DNA of 64,000 nucleotides, taken from the IMG/VR virus record IMGVR_UViG_3300047476_001246; one strand, 5' to 3'. The translations under genes and the position numbers were made by a program. This document shows positions 1 through 9,231 of the stretch, one piece after another. This stretch comes from a virus. Numbering within the stretch: the stretch's first letter is position 1; each line of letters begins with the position of its first letter. The notes beneath the pieces were generated by a model that made no database searches, had not been told where the DNA came from, and saw only the letters and a list, made by a program, of their open reading frames with translations.

Positions 1-1412
1 GCACTCATAACATCTGACCCACCAGCTTCCCAATCAACTGTAATTTCTGTACCAGGTTCAGCATTCATTACAGCAGTATATTCAAGACTGCCAAACATGT
101 TTTCCCAGGCGTCAGCAAAACTTGATCCTGCAGCTATTTTGTCTTGAATATATCTATCAGTCATTATTGGCCGGAGTTGGCCAACGATGGACTCTTGTGC
201 CATATTAAGAGCGCGGATTGCTGACGGGTAGAGACTGTTGATGTCGATTGCGCCGATCCAGTCGTGCATGCCTTTTTTGGGGAAAGCAACATAGGCACCT
301 GCTGCTTGTGTGTCACCTTGATCATCTCTATTTTTCCTATTAGGGACTACTAGTCCACGTTGATGTGCTTCGTTGATAATCGCCTGCTCAGTGACTGCTA
401 CAGCACCCATGGTTGTTTGCAGTAATACTGTATTGTCATGTGCAAGTTCGTTCGCTAGATCCAAGAAACGCAGTTTCTTGTCTAGTTTGGCCACAAGCAT
501 GGTATCTTGCCTGTTGTAATCAATAAATTTTGGAAAATCTTTGTTGTATAACTGATCTAGGGTTCCTTCATATTGTGTCTTGCGTTCATCAAGCTCGTAC
601 TCGCCAATGGCATCCAAACTATAACTGTGACGTTCTTCGTATGTGTACTTTCTATACAATTGCATATAGTCCATATGCACACGACCAATCAAGTCAAACG
701 TGAGATTCTCTGCACCAAAACGTTCAAATGTACGTTGCTTGGGCAGTTGACCCCATAAGCAGAATCTACGGGTGTCATCTTTGTTTAATACCTTGGTGGT
801 ACGCATGACCATGTACGGAATATCGAAGCCTTCCGAGTTCCACCCGCTTAGTATATCTGCATCATCGATCAAATCTAAAAAAGTATTCAATAGATCTTCT
901 TCACGTTCGAACAAGAAACAGTTGTCGTACTTGTCGCAGATTTCTTGTGCAGTTTCCCAACTGTACGATTTTGGTGGCACAACAAGCGTGACCAATTTGT
1001 CCATCCAGTCTAGATAAACACTAATGGCAGTAATTGGATTAAACGGATCGTCGGGTCGACTAAAACCTCTTACTGGGTCGAAGTCAACCTCAATGTCGAA
1101 AAACGCAGTTTGCAGTTTTGGCGAGTTGGCTCCAAGATAGTGCTCTTCCAAACAGCGGAATACAGGATTGATATCCGATTCCCAAAGACGCTTGTTAGAA
1201 TTAATACGCAGCTCTTTTTGGAACTCCTTGTACGAACGACTTGAAAACCTGCTAACAGGAGTGTCGTAGACAGTACGGAACTTACCGCGAGGGTCGTCGT
1301 AGTAAAAGATGTAATTGGCCGGATATTCTTTATATACCCTTCCGCCATTGACTCGTTCCACAACATGGATGCGATCTTGATTACGATCATAAAGTGCGTC
1401 AACATAACTCAT
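1..1412 (-). CDS. Family B DNA polymerase (T4 gp43-like), 5' part, runs off the window
   Basis: Manual translation from ATG 1412 (MSYVDALYDR...) shows exonuclease motifs FDIE and GWNSEGFDIPY and PolB motif A DINSLYPS; open to position 1. Confidence 0.93.
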   Translation of the reverse strand, partial: MSYVDALYDRNQDRIHVVERVNGGRVYKEYPANYIFYYDDPRGKFRTVYDTPVSRFSSRSYKEFQKELRINSNKRLWESDINPVFRCLEEHYLGANSPKLQTAFFDIEVDFDPVRGFSRPDDPFNPITAISVYLDWMDKLVTLVVPPKSYSWETAQEICDKYDNCFLFEREEDLLNTFLDLIDDADILSGWNSEGFDIPYMVMRTTKVLNKDDTRRFCLWGQLPKQRTFERFGAENLTFDLIGRVHMDYMQLYRKYTYEERHSYSLDAIGEYELDERKTQYEGTLDQLYNKDFPKFIDYNRQDTMLVAKLDKKLRFLDLANELAHDNTVLLQTTMGAVAVTEQAIINEAHQRGLVVPNRKNRDDQGDTQAAGAYVAFPKKGMHDWIGAIDINSLYPSAIRALNMAQESIVGQLRPIMTDRYIQDKIAAGSSFADAWENMFGSLEYTAVMNAEPGTEITVDWEAGGSDVMS

Positions 1413-1552
1413 GTGTATATTTTATTATTTTTTAAAGAAAAAATCAACTATGTATTCGCAAACATGTGCAAAGCATAATGCGGCGATCATAATAACAGAC
1501 ATAACTGCTCCCGATACCAACCAATATGCAATGATCCTTAATGCTATTTCGA

Positions 1553-1840
1553 TCACGCAATCATCCTTACCAGCCCAATCGTATCAATGGTGGTGAGCAA
1601 TATGTAGTTAGCCAGCATACCAAAGGATTTACGACTCCAAGCAGCCCAAGCATACATAGCACAACCCCCAATCCAAATAGGATATAGAAGAAGGAGTGGA
1701 GGATTGGGTACCGTGAGCGCCATTGCGACGGCGCATCCAATTGAAAGTGCCCAAGCAAGAAGCTCAATAACAAAACGTACACGGTTTGATGACCAATCAT
1801 CTCGTATCCATTGGATTATGCTCGATACAACATTGATCAA
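1553..1840 (-). CDS. Small multi-TM membrane protein
   Basis: 95 aa, about 3 hydrophobic segments; overlaps upstream stop (ATGA). Confidence 0.6.
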   Translation of the reverse strand: MINVVSSIIQWIRDDWSSNRVRFVIELLAWALSIGCAVAMALTVPNPPLLLLYPIWIGGCAMYAWAAWSRKSFGMLANYILLTTIDTIGLVRMIA

Positions 1841-2097
1841 AGAGTTTTACCTACTGTTTGAAGAATAGTGTTTAGTTCTTCGTTGTCGGCGTTCTCGTCG
1901 CCTAGTTTGCTTTTATGAGCAATCTTGATTGCTTTTTTAAGAATGGCAGGTTTGATTTCCATTTCTTCAGCAATGGCTTTGATAGTGTCACTAAGTCCGG
2001 CATTGAGATCTTCAACTTCTTGCATGACTGCCATGCCTTCGTTAATGATTTGAGTAAGTTTAGCTTTTTGTTCGGAAGAGAACATACGTGAGCTCAT
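1837..2097 (-). CDS. dsDNA-binding protein, T4 DsbA/GapR-like
   Basis: 86-aa helical protein (IKAIAEEMEIKPAILKKAIK) with AGGAG RBS and upstream promoter. Confidence 0.65.
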   Translation of the reverse strand: MSSRMFSSEQKAKLTQIINEGMAVMQEVEDLNAGLSDTIKAIAEEMEIKPAILKKAIKIAHKSKLGDENADNEELNTILQTVGKTL

Positions 2098-2121
2098 AAA
2101 ATCTCCTAAGTTAAAAATAAT

Positions 2122-2150
2122 ATTATAGATGAATGTTTTTGCAATTGCAA
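2122..2150 (-). promoter_or_regulatory. Sigma70-type promoter
   Basis: TTGCAA-N17-TATAAT. Confidence 0.6.
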
Positions 2151-2159
2151 GAAAATTTT

Positions 2160-2234
2160 GCTCACTTTAACTCTCGGGGCACGACTCCTCTGAGTAGGGC
2201 AGCAGCCGCCCACACACGGTCCTAAGGTGTGTTC
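2160..2234 (-). ncRNA. Candidate structured intergenic RNA, family unrecognised
   Basis: GC-rich island with three adjacent hairpins: ACACAC/GTGTGT, GGGCG/TGCCC, ACTC/GAGT. Confidence 0.45.
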
Positions 2235-2414
2235 TTATTTTTTAGGTTCGCAGGTGCGTGTTCTCAGGACCGTACCGTCGGGTTGTTTCTGTTCCTTCCA
2301 TTCGGAACACGTTTGAGTTTCGGTTTTTTCTGACATCAGTTGATCTACAGTCCAATTGGCTCCCATCCAACCCATTGCACTAAAAAATCCCCATACTAAC
2401 ATTTCGCCTATCAT
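2235..2414 (-). CDS. Small membrane-anchored hypothetical protein (59 aa)
   Basis: MIGEMLVWGFFSAMGW...RTCEPKK; ATGA-coupled to the upstream hydrolase. Confidence 0.55.
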   Translation of the reverse strand: MIGEMLVWGFFSAMGWMGANWTVDQLMSEKTETQTCSEWKEQKQPDGTVLRTRTCEPKK

Positions 2415-2983
2415 TTTGGTAATCTTTCTTGAATAATTTGAATCACTTGATCGCTCAAAACCACTTCATAATGATTATACTCTACTTCTATTAGATCCAT
2501 GTCCTTGCCATGATGTTTCTGACTGGCAATAGTGACCACACCGTCATTTTTTCCCATTACCCAGGGAGTATCTCCTTGAGTAGTGACAATATTGCACCAA
2601 GGGTGTTGTACTTGAATTTTATTTGCTTCTCGCATGGCCCAACTGTTAGGTCCAATATCTTTGAGAAGTCTGCTGTATGGTAAAAAATATTTGGCCACAT
2701 CCGCTACCTCGGCACCACCATACGGGGTACTCAAGGTCACTGCCCCAATTACATTATCAGGAAATTTGTTTGCAAGATGCAGTGCATATATACCGCCCAA
2801 GCTATGACATATGAAAAAAACTTTTTGTAAATCTTTTATTTGATTGCCTAGGTCCTCAAGATTTTTTTGAAATCCGTTGCGACTATCGTAGTTAACAACC
2901 AAATCGTTGCCACCGAGATGTTTTCTGATGTAATTGAAACTTTCACTGGTAGCGTTTGCTCCGTGTATGTACACTAATAACAT
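2411..2983 (-). CDS. Alpha/beta hydrolase
   Basis: HG oxyanion motif, HSLGG nucleophile elbow, NDGVV Asp, C-terminal His. Confidence 0.85.
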   Translation of the reverse strand: MLLVYIHGANATSESFNYIRKHLGGNDLVVNYDSRNGFQKNLEDLGNQIKDLQKVFFICHSLGGIYALHLANKFPDNVIGAVTLSTPYGGAEVADVAKYFLPYSRLLKDIGPNSWAMREANKIQVQHPWCNIVTTQGDTPWVMGKNDGVVTIASQKHHGKDMDLIEVEYNHYEVVLSDQVIQIIQERLPK

Positions 2984-4137
2984 TATCTATACTCCAACCA
3001 AAGGTCTGCAAATTTTAATTTAAAATTTGGCCAATACGTGTCTTCTTGATTTTTATGCCATTTGTAAAGATTATCGCAATTGGTATGTGTTGGCGTGATA
3101 CTGTTTAAACTGTTGGCCATGTCCTCTAGGAATCTTTCCTGTACTGGGGAATAGTGATATTGCATGGACTTTTTAAGTTCGTCAATTGCTTTTGAAATGA
3201 ATTCTTTTGGTAGACTAGCAACACTTAAAATGTTAGGATGGTGCAATTCATTCCAACGCATCATTGGTATGTCGTTGTCGGCAAAGTATTCGTGCAGCGT
3301 CGACAACTGTAAGGCATTATAAACACAATATTGACTGGTGATTCCAATCCTGTGACCAGGACTCTGTTTGACGCTTTCTTTCAAATACTTTAGATTTTCT
3401 AGCATGGTATTCCAACTGCTACCATGTCTGACATATTCAAATTGTTGTTCTACTGTTTCAAAACTGATATCCCACATTACATTTTTCTTGGTTATTAATT
3501 TTTGAAAAATACGATTGTTTGCAAGTGGAACACTTAGATTGGTAATGACATTGATAGATACGTTTTCGTCAATTGCATCTAGTAGGTAATCATTTTCTTT
3601 TTGCAACAAAGGCTCGCCGCCCAGTAAGGCCAAATTCTTTAGCGTGCTCTTGTTTGATTCAATAAACTTTACAATATCTTCAATGGTGTTATCGTAATTC
3701 AATCGATCTAGAGGTTGCTTTTTTAACGAGGCCCATTGACTACTGGCCTCTTGATCGCAGTACACACAACTTAAATTACAGGTATTTGACCAACGTATAT
3801 CTAAATTTTGTAGTTTTGTGTCGTGTACATTGTCAATGTTGATTGTTTCGTTGTTGGCAATATCGTTGTACCACGACCGTTCACTTACTGAACTGTGTTG
3901 TTCTTGTCTATAGCAGATATCACAATTGCTGTCGTGCTTGTTGTCAACAATTGATTTTTTTATTTCGATCAGTTTGTGATCTGAGAGCAAATTGGTGATT
4001 GGGGTGGTTCGTAAATCACCAATTGATTTGGTTCCGGCACAACATGTTTTAAATGTACCACCGGTATTGATATGAATATTGGTCCAAGGGGCATAACAGA
4101 AATTAGGGCCAATTTCGTTGCTAAGTTTTATAGACAT
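2983..4137 (-). CDS. Radical SAM protein with N-terminal SPASM/twitch-like Cys cluster
   Basis: CNLSCVYC, GGEP, N-terminal C..CC..CxxC. Confidence 0.85.
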   Translation of the reverse strand: MSIKLSNEIGPNFCYAPWTNIHINTGGTFKTCCAGTKSIGDLRTTPITNLLSDHKLIEIKKSIVDNKHDSNCDICYRQEQHSSVSERSWYNDIANNETINIDNVHDTKLQNLDIRWSNTCNLSCVYCDQEASSQWASLKKQPLDRLNYDNTIEDIVKFIESNKSTLKNLALLGGEPLLQKENDYLLDAIDENVSINVITNLSVPLANNRIFQKLITKKNVMWDISFETVEQQFEYVRHGSSWNTMLENLKYLKESVKQSPGHRIGITSQYCVYNALQLSTLHEYFADNDIPMMRWNELHHPNILSVASLPKEFISKAIDELKKSMQYHYSPVQERFLEDMANSLNSITPTHTNCDNLYKWHKNQEDTYWPNFKLKFADLWLEYR

Positions 4138-4140
4138 ACA

Positions 4141-4575
4141 CTATTTAAGTGTACTACGTAGCATCCAAGAATGTTTTTTGTGTGCGTCCTGTCTACCAGC
4201 CAAGAAATCACTCAATCCATGCATGCCCAATTCTTCGCTAGCATTGAACACTATACGAAACATTTCGGCCATTTTGTCGCTGTCTTCGAGCAATTCCATG
4301 AGCATGGCTTCGGCTGGTAAAATTTCAACTTCGTCATCTACCAGACTAAGGATGCTGAAACGTGTAAACGAGCCCGGAGTGTATGTGCCAGTGGCTCGAA
4401 TTTCTTCAGCAAAGGTATCTATGCTACCATACACTTCTTCGTAGATTTTTGCAAACAAATCGTGCAGTTGAGGAAAATTGGGTCCTTCAACATTCCAGTG
4501 AAAATACTGTGCCTTTAAATAAAAAGCAAATTCGCTAGCAAAAGCAATTTTTAGTGCTCGTTGTAATTCGTCCAT
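4141..4575 (-). CDS. dps: Dps/ferritin-like protein
   Basis: HWNVEGPNFPQLHDLF...DTFAEEIR...KHSWML signature. Confidence 0.92.
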   Translation of the reverse strand: MDELQRALKIAFASEFAFYLKAQYFHWNVEGPNFPQLHDLFAKIYEEVYGSIDTFAEEIRATGTYTPGSFTRFSILSLVDDEVEILPAEAMLMELLEDSDKMAEMFRIVFNASEELGMHGLSDFLAGRQDAHKKHSWMLRSTLK

Positions 4576-4597
4576 ATCAAAACCTTAATACGAGTAT

Positions 4598-4735
4598 TTA
4601 TCTGCCTTGCCCTCGATAGGCCTTGTGACTAGCTTTGATTACTTTATTCATACTACTAGTTTTTGGGGATCTTCCGCCTTGGCTAGTTTTTTTAACTACT
4701 GCTTTTATTTTTGAATTTGATGAAGATTTAGACAT
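4598..4735 (-). CDS. Small basic protein of T4-like phages (45 aa)
   Basis: Manual translation MSKSSSNSKIKAVVKKTSQGG...SSMNK...YRGQGR; AGGAG RBS. Confidence 0.65.
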   Translation of the reverse strand: MSKSSSNSKIKAVVKKTSQGGRSPKTSSMNKVIKASHKAYRGQGR

Positions 4736-4751
4736 TGTTTTTCTCCTTGAG

Positions 4752-5423
4752 TTATTCCCATGCTACCATTTTAAAACGTTCTCTCGCAATACCAAAATAT
4801 TTACACTTGTAATCGCTCTGTGCAAAAAAGTCCAGGTGGTGCCATTCTGATTTTTTCTTTAGCAATTGTTGTGCAGCATCGTCCCAATCAATGTTGGCCA
4901 GTACCGGTTCAACTGCTTGTTTGACTTCTGCAAGTTCATTGTAATCAAACCCGTCGTATTCCCAATGCAGTATTTCAAAGCAATTGCCGTATGCATCAGC
5001 ATAGTCCATGCTAAAATCAAGTCCCCATTTTGGGCGTAATCTAATCAGTTGCCAAATACGTGGAAAGTATTTGGTCCACATCTTTAGTTGACTGAGTGCT
5101 TCACCTTCAAACCCTTTGCGTTCAAACAATAAACTGTGATTTAGTATAGCACCTTCTACTTTGTCAGCCTGATCAAACCAGGGCTGTTTGATTGCTGTTC
5201 TATGACTACGGTGCGATTTAGTTTCTACTAAATTTACCGCAGCAAACATTTTTTCTAGCTCGGTTAGATCGTAGCCGTTCTGATCAAATAAATCTAAGTG
5301 GGGTATTTTAGGGGCAAAATATCCTGGAAGAGGAATCAACCAATACCCATCAGGATTCCATGTGTTATCGGTAAGTACAAAATCTTTCATTAATCTTTGA
5401 CTATTGGGCCACCGGTGATCCAT
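4752..5423 (-). CDS. Hypothetical protein
   Basis: Long ORF in a co-oriented gene run; start may be 5389. Confidence 0.7.
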   Translation of the reverse strand: MDHRWPNSQRLMKDFVLTDNTWNPDGYWLIPLPGYFAPKIPHLDLFDQNGYDLTELEKMFAAVNLVETKSHRSHRTAIKQPWFDQADKVEGAILNHSLLFERKGFEGEALSQLKMWTKYFPRIWQLIRLRPKWGLDFSMDYADAYGNCFEILHWEYDGFDYNELAEVKQAVEPVLANIDWDDAAQQLLKKKSEWHHLDFFAQSDYKCKYFGIARERFKMVAWE

Positions 5424-5806
5424 AGTTCACAACTGCGACTACCGGCGCATTTAAAGTGTAGCAAGTTGCAATAACCTAGGTCTGCGGCTTCGCGAGTTTT
5501 TTCTGCTTTGTATGCTTCTGCACCCATGCCGTCATGAATGCATTTATACATACTGTCAGAGATATTAAAAGCAGCACAGTTGCCACATGTCATTGACTTT
5601 GCAGTCTTTTCATCTATCTTCCATTGCCGGGCTGCTTGTTTCCAGTAGTTGCCAGGCTGATCAGGATTGGCAGGGCCATAATGATGTTTATCTATCGCAG
5701 TCTGACGATTCTTTACATTTAGTTCTAAATCGTACGTGGCTCTAGGACAATTTTTGCCTGCTGCTTCTACCAGTTGTATCAAGTTTCTCATTTCAATCAC
5801 GCCCAA
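5390..5806 (-). CDS. Cys-rich hypothetical protein, possible Fe-S binding
   Basis: CGNC...C...C...CELW; likely start MRNLIQLVE. Confidence 0.65.
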   Translation of the reverse strand: MGVIEMRNLIQLVEAAGKNCPRATYDLELNVKNRQTAIDKHHYGPANPDQPGNYWKQAARQWKIDEKTAKSMTCGNCAAFNISDSMYKCIHDGMGAEAYKAEKTREAADLGYCNLLHFKCAGSRSCELWITGGPIVKD

Positions 5807-8105
5807 ACAAACGATTTATGATGCTGACATTTTTACTGCTCGAATCTTGGGGTGAACGAACTACATTGGTGATTTCTTGATTGACTGCATTTTGTACATC
5901 ATCGCGATCAATTCCGGCTAATTTTTTAATTGTACGTAAAGCACCAATTGCTTGATCTGCCGGATGAGGTTGTTCTCTTGGATTGGGGTCTGATATAGTA
6001 GGTATTTGTTCAGCCACAGGTTCTGGTGGCATCATGCGTTTAATATCAGACTTGTTTAGATTAGGTGGTCCATTTGCTGCGCCATACTCATCTACTTTTT
6101 TTTTAATTGGCACGCAATTATTAACTCGAACATCACCTTTCATTTTAGTACCAGCTTTACGATAACCTTTCCAGCACTTGGGATCCAATCTAGTTTTTTC
6201 TTCGAGAATGCTGTATCCGGCACGTTCTAATTCTTCAATATAACGTTCAACATCTTCGTTTGTGATACTGCTTTCTCCAAATCGATCTCTGTAAGTATTG
6301 GCTTTCATGCTATTTTTACTACCAATTACAGCATGTCCTTCGCCACTTAATAATAAATCGTACATCAGTTTAATAATTTTAAGCGGACTGTCCATACGAT
6401 CAAGTGCAGCATTAAACCAAGCAACTTTTTCAGGCTTCATTGGTCGTTCGCTAGGTTTAGAAATCAATGCCAAAGCTTGTGCTCGTAGAGTTGGCAAGTC
6501 TCTTATTCTTTCAAGATTCTTGATATCCTCGATGTCAAAATTAACTTCTTGTTTACGTGCTTCTTTGACTTGATATTTCTTCTTTAGTTCTGCTGCCTTA
6601 GCATATCTTTCTTTGTCAGGAAGATCGTATGTAGCCTTTAACTCTTTGTAATAGTCAGGATCGGGCAGGCCAGATTTTTTTCTTAATTCTTGGTGACGCT
6701 TGTGTAGTTTATCTTGCACAGAACCTTCCGCCACACCTTCTGGCAAAGCATTTTTAGCAAAGTTCTTTATAACACGCAATGCATCTCTTGCACCGTCACT
6801 GCCACTTTCTACCCAATTGGTTTTACCAGCTCTTCCTGCGATTCCCAATGCCCAATACACTGTGCCTGAATCTGCTGGATCCATTTCAACTTCAATCACT
6901 TTCTTACCATCAGTCCAGCTATAAGTATCGCCTGACTGTGAGCCTGTATAATCTACTAAAAAGTCATCAACTAGTTCTAAGAAACTTCTACCAGCGCCTT
7001 CCGCCACATCTTTTGGGAGAATTTTTGCAACGCCTACCATTTGATCCCGGGGTTCAATGGGCTGTCGGCCGCGTTCCTGTTCTTTACGCTTTTGTGCTGC
7101 TAGATCCGCTACACTACCTTTGCGTGGCTTCTTGGCACCGTATGAGAATGGTCCTGCTTCATCTATATCGGTAAATCGTTCCCAAGCTCGATTAGCTGTC
7201 TGTTGATTTTTTCGAGCATAAGCAGGATCTTTATCTGCTTGTTTAGATACCACTCTGTCAACTGCTCGCTTGTGAACTTTAGTTAGCTGCTTCTGACCTT
7301 TGGCCGTATCGCCATATTCTTTTAAATCTTTATTTTGATTTTTTTGCATCATTGTTTTAGGATCCAGATCGGCTCCTAATTGCATATCTCTGGTGTCAGA
7401 CACACCAACACCACCTGACCCACCACCTCCACGTCCAATGTTTTTTGCATGGCTAATCAATGAATCAGCTTTATCTCTAGCGTCCGCTACGCGACGAAGT
7501 GAAGCACCCAATGCATTTGCTTTTGGATCTGCGTTGGGATTTTGGCGGCCCATAGCAGCATTCCAGAAGTCATCACTATCGGTTATGCCTTCTGCCACAT
7601 CTTGTTCGTACATAGTGGCTGACTTAATAGGAACACCACGAGGATTGGTTGCAGGAGCAGTTCTTGCACCAGGGGTAAGCTTAGGATTGGCCATTACGGC
7701 TGCATCTTGTGCTGGCTCTTTGGCTCGCATGGCCTGATAATCACGTTCGATTTGTTGCGGAGACATAATACCTAACTTGTCAAAATCTGCTTGATTGCCT
7801 GAAGCAAATGCTTGATCAATTGCCTGACCTTGCGCCTTCATTTGCGGAGTATTATATTGTGCAGTTAAACGATCATCAATGGCATCTTCGTTAACATCTT
7901 TTTTGTGCTTTTTAACATCATTGTCGAGTTGTTTACTGGTAGCTTTAACAATACCTTTAAATCTCTTGTTGCCTTGTTCAACGTCTCCGCGTTTGTCTGC
8001 TGCACTGGCATCTGCCCCTGCGGCTTTTTTATAACGACCCAGTAATTCATTACTGACTTCGTTTAATTCTTTATTTTTGTCGTTAAAGATATCGTTAATA
8101 AACAT
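5793..8105 (-). CDS. Large modular hydrophilic protein, probable head-packaged polyprotein
   Basis: 770 aa of short modules separated by (L/V/I)xE sites and three VAEG linkers. Confidence 0.7.
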   Translation of the reverse strand: MFINDIFNDKNKELNEVSNELLGRYKKAAGADASAADKRGDVEQGNKRFKGIVKATSKQLDNDVKKHKKDVNEDAIDDRLTAQYNTPQMKAQGQAIDQAFASGNQADFDKLGIMSPQQIERDYQAMRAKEPAQDAAVMANPKLTPGARTAPATNPRGVPIKSATMYEQDVAEGITDSDDFWNAAMGRQNPNADPKANALGASLRRVADARDKADSLISHAKNIGRGGGGSGGVGVSDTRDMQLGADLDPKTMMQKNQNKDLKEYGDTAKGQKQLTKVHKRAVDRVVSKQADKDPAYARKNQQTANRAWERFTDIDEAGPFSYGAKKPRKGSVADLAAQKRKEQERGRQPIEPRDQMVGVAKILPKDVAEGAGRSFLELVDDFLVDYTGSQSGDTYSWTDGKKVIEVEMDPADSGTVYWALGIAGRAGKTNWVESGSDGARDALRVIKNFAKNALPEGVAEGSVQDKLHKRHQELRKKSGLPDPDYYKELKATYDLPDKERYAKAAELKKKYQVKEARKQEVNFDIEDIKNLERIRDLPTLRAQALALISKPSERPMKPEKVAWFNAALDRMDSPLKIIKLMYDLLLSGEGHAVIGSKNSMKANTYRDRFGESSITNEDVERYIEELERAGYSILEEKTRLDPKCWKGYRKAGTKMKGDVRVNNCVPIKKKVDEYGAANGPPNLNKSDIKRMMPPEPVAEQIPTISDPNPREQPHPADQAIGALRTIKKLAGIDRDDVQNAVNQEITNVVRSPQDSSSKNVSIINRLFGRD

Positions 8106-8109
8106 AATT

Positions 8110-9231
8110 TTACGCCTGTGATCTTAATGCTGCAACTTGACTCATGAGGTCTTCTATTTGTCTGCTTAGTTGTACTTTTTGTGCCTGCTGTTGTTGCAAG
8201 CTCATTGCTTTCTCAACTGGATTTGCACCTTGTGGAAACTGTTTGTTTAAATCGGCCAACTGCGATCTAGCACCGTTAACTTGACCAATTAATCCCATTA
8301 ACTGATTGCGTTGATCTGCTTTACCTGCGACCTGTTGCGCTCGTTGAGCTGCAATTTCTACAGGATCGGCATCATCGTTGCCTGGTCCTACTGCTGTACC
8401 GGCTGCACCCCATTCTGATATGGTTGGTTCTGTTTCCTTCCAATTCGGCAACGGAGCGCGATATCTGCCTTTGTCCTGTCCGGGTACTTTTACATCTTGC
8501 ACGTTGTCTGTGTCTGACACTTTGTATTCTGGTCCTGGCTCTCTTGGGTTCTTGATTCCACGAATCAACTCTTGTGTGATTGGATCTTCGCGACCAGTGA
8601 CATCTCTCCAGTATTCATTGTAGTGCGGCGATCCTTTGGGCACTACTTCTTTTGTTCCATCTTTAAACTTGTGAAAAAATTGAACATCAGGATCATTATA
8701 ATCCAATTTATTTTTTGGAATATTGGCCGGTCTCTGCATTTCCACATCTACTGTTGTAGGTTCCTGCTCCCACTCATTGCCTTCTTGAACTCTTTTATCA
8801 GTATTTCGCCAATCTGTTTTTGGCGAGAGCTGTGCTGCTTGCCCCTGCTTAATGCTTTTAGCCACTTCTTTTTCATCAAATGGTCGTGGAATAGCATCAG
8901 CTATACCGCCGAGTGCGTCTCTTGTGGCACTGCCAGCTGAAACAATTTTATCAGCAGCTGATTTGACTGTATCACCAAATCCTTCTTTAAACTCTGTCCA
9001 TTCTTGAAATAAATCTCTTTTTACTGGGTCACTGTTGATAACTGTGCTCAATTCCTTTAATAAATTGTCCGAGCTTTCGTTGGCTCCAACCAATCTACCT
9101 GCATAAGGATGCTTCTTGGTGCCTTTGCGAGGCATAGGTTCACTGCCGCGAACTTGGTCACCTGGCTTTTGGCCTACCTTTTCTCCAGCAAAGCGATTCA
9201 TTGCTTCAAGTAAGTGACGCATATCACTCAT
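8110..9231 (-). CDS. Hypothetical modular protein, probable internal head protein
   Basis: 373 aa; N-terminus MSDMRHLLEA; C-terminal coiled coil. Confidence 0.65.
   Translation of the reverse strand: MSDMRHLLEAMNRFAGEKVGQKPGDQVRGSEPMPRKGTKKHPYAGRLVGANESSDNLLKELSTVINSDPVKRDLFQEWTEFKEGFGDTVKSAADKIVSAGSATRDALGGIADAIPRPFDEKEVAKSIKQGQAAQLSPKTDWRNTDKRVQEGNEWEQEPTTVDVEMQRPANIPKNKLDYNDPDVQFFHKFKDGTKEVVPKGSPHYNEYWRDVTGREDPITQELIRGIKNPREPGPEYKVSDTDNVQDVKVPGQDKGRYRAPLPNWKETEPTISEWGAAGTAVGPGNDDADPVEIAAQRAQQVAGKADQRNQLMGLIGQVNGARSQLADLNKQFPQGANPVEKAMSLQQQQAQKVQLSRQIEDLMSQVAALRSQA

Noticed and set aside
573-1405. Short ORFs at 573, 772 and 1070
   Set aside because: Shadow frames of the DNA polymerase gene, which the ORF track missed because it runs off the window
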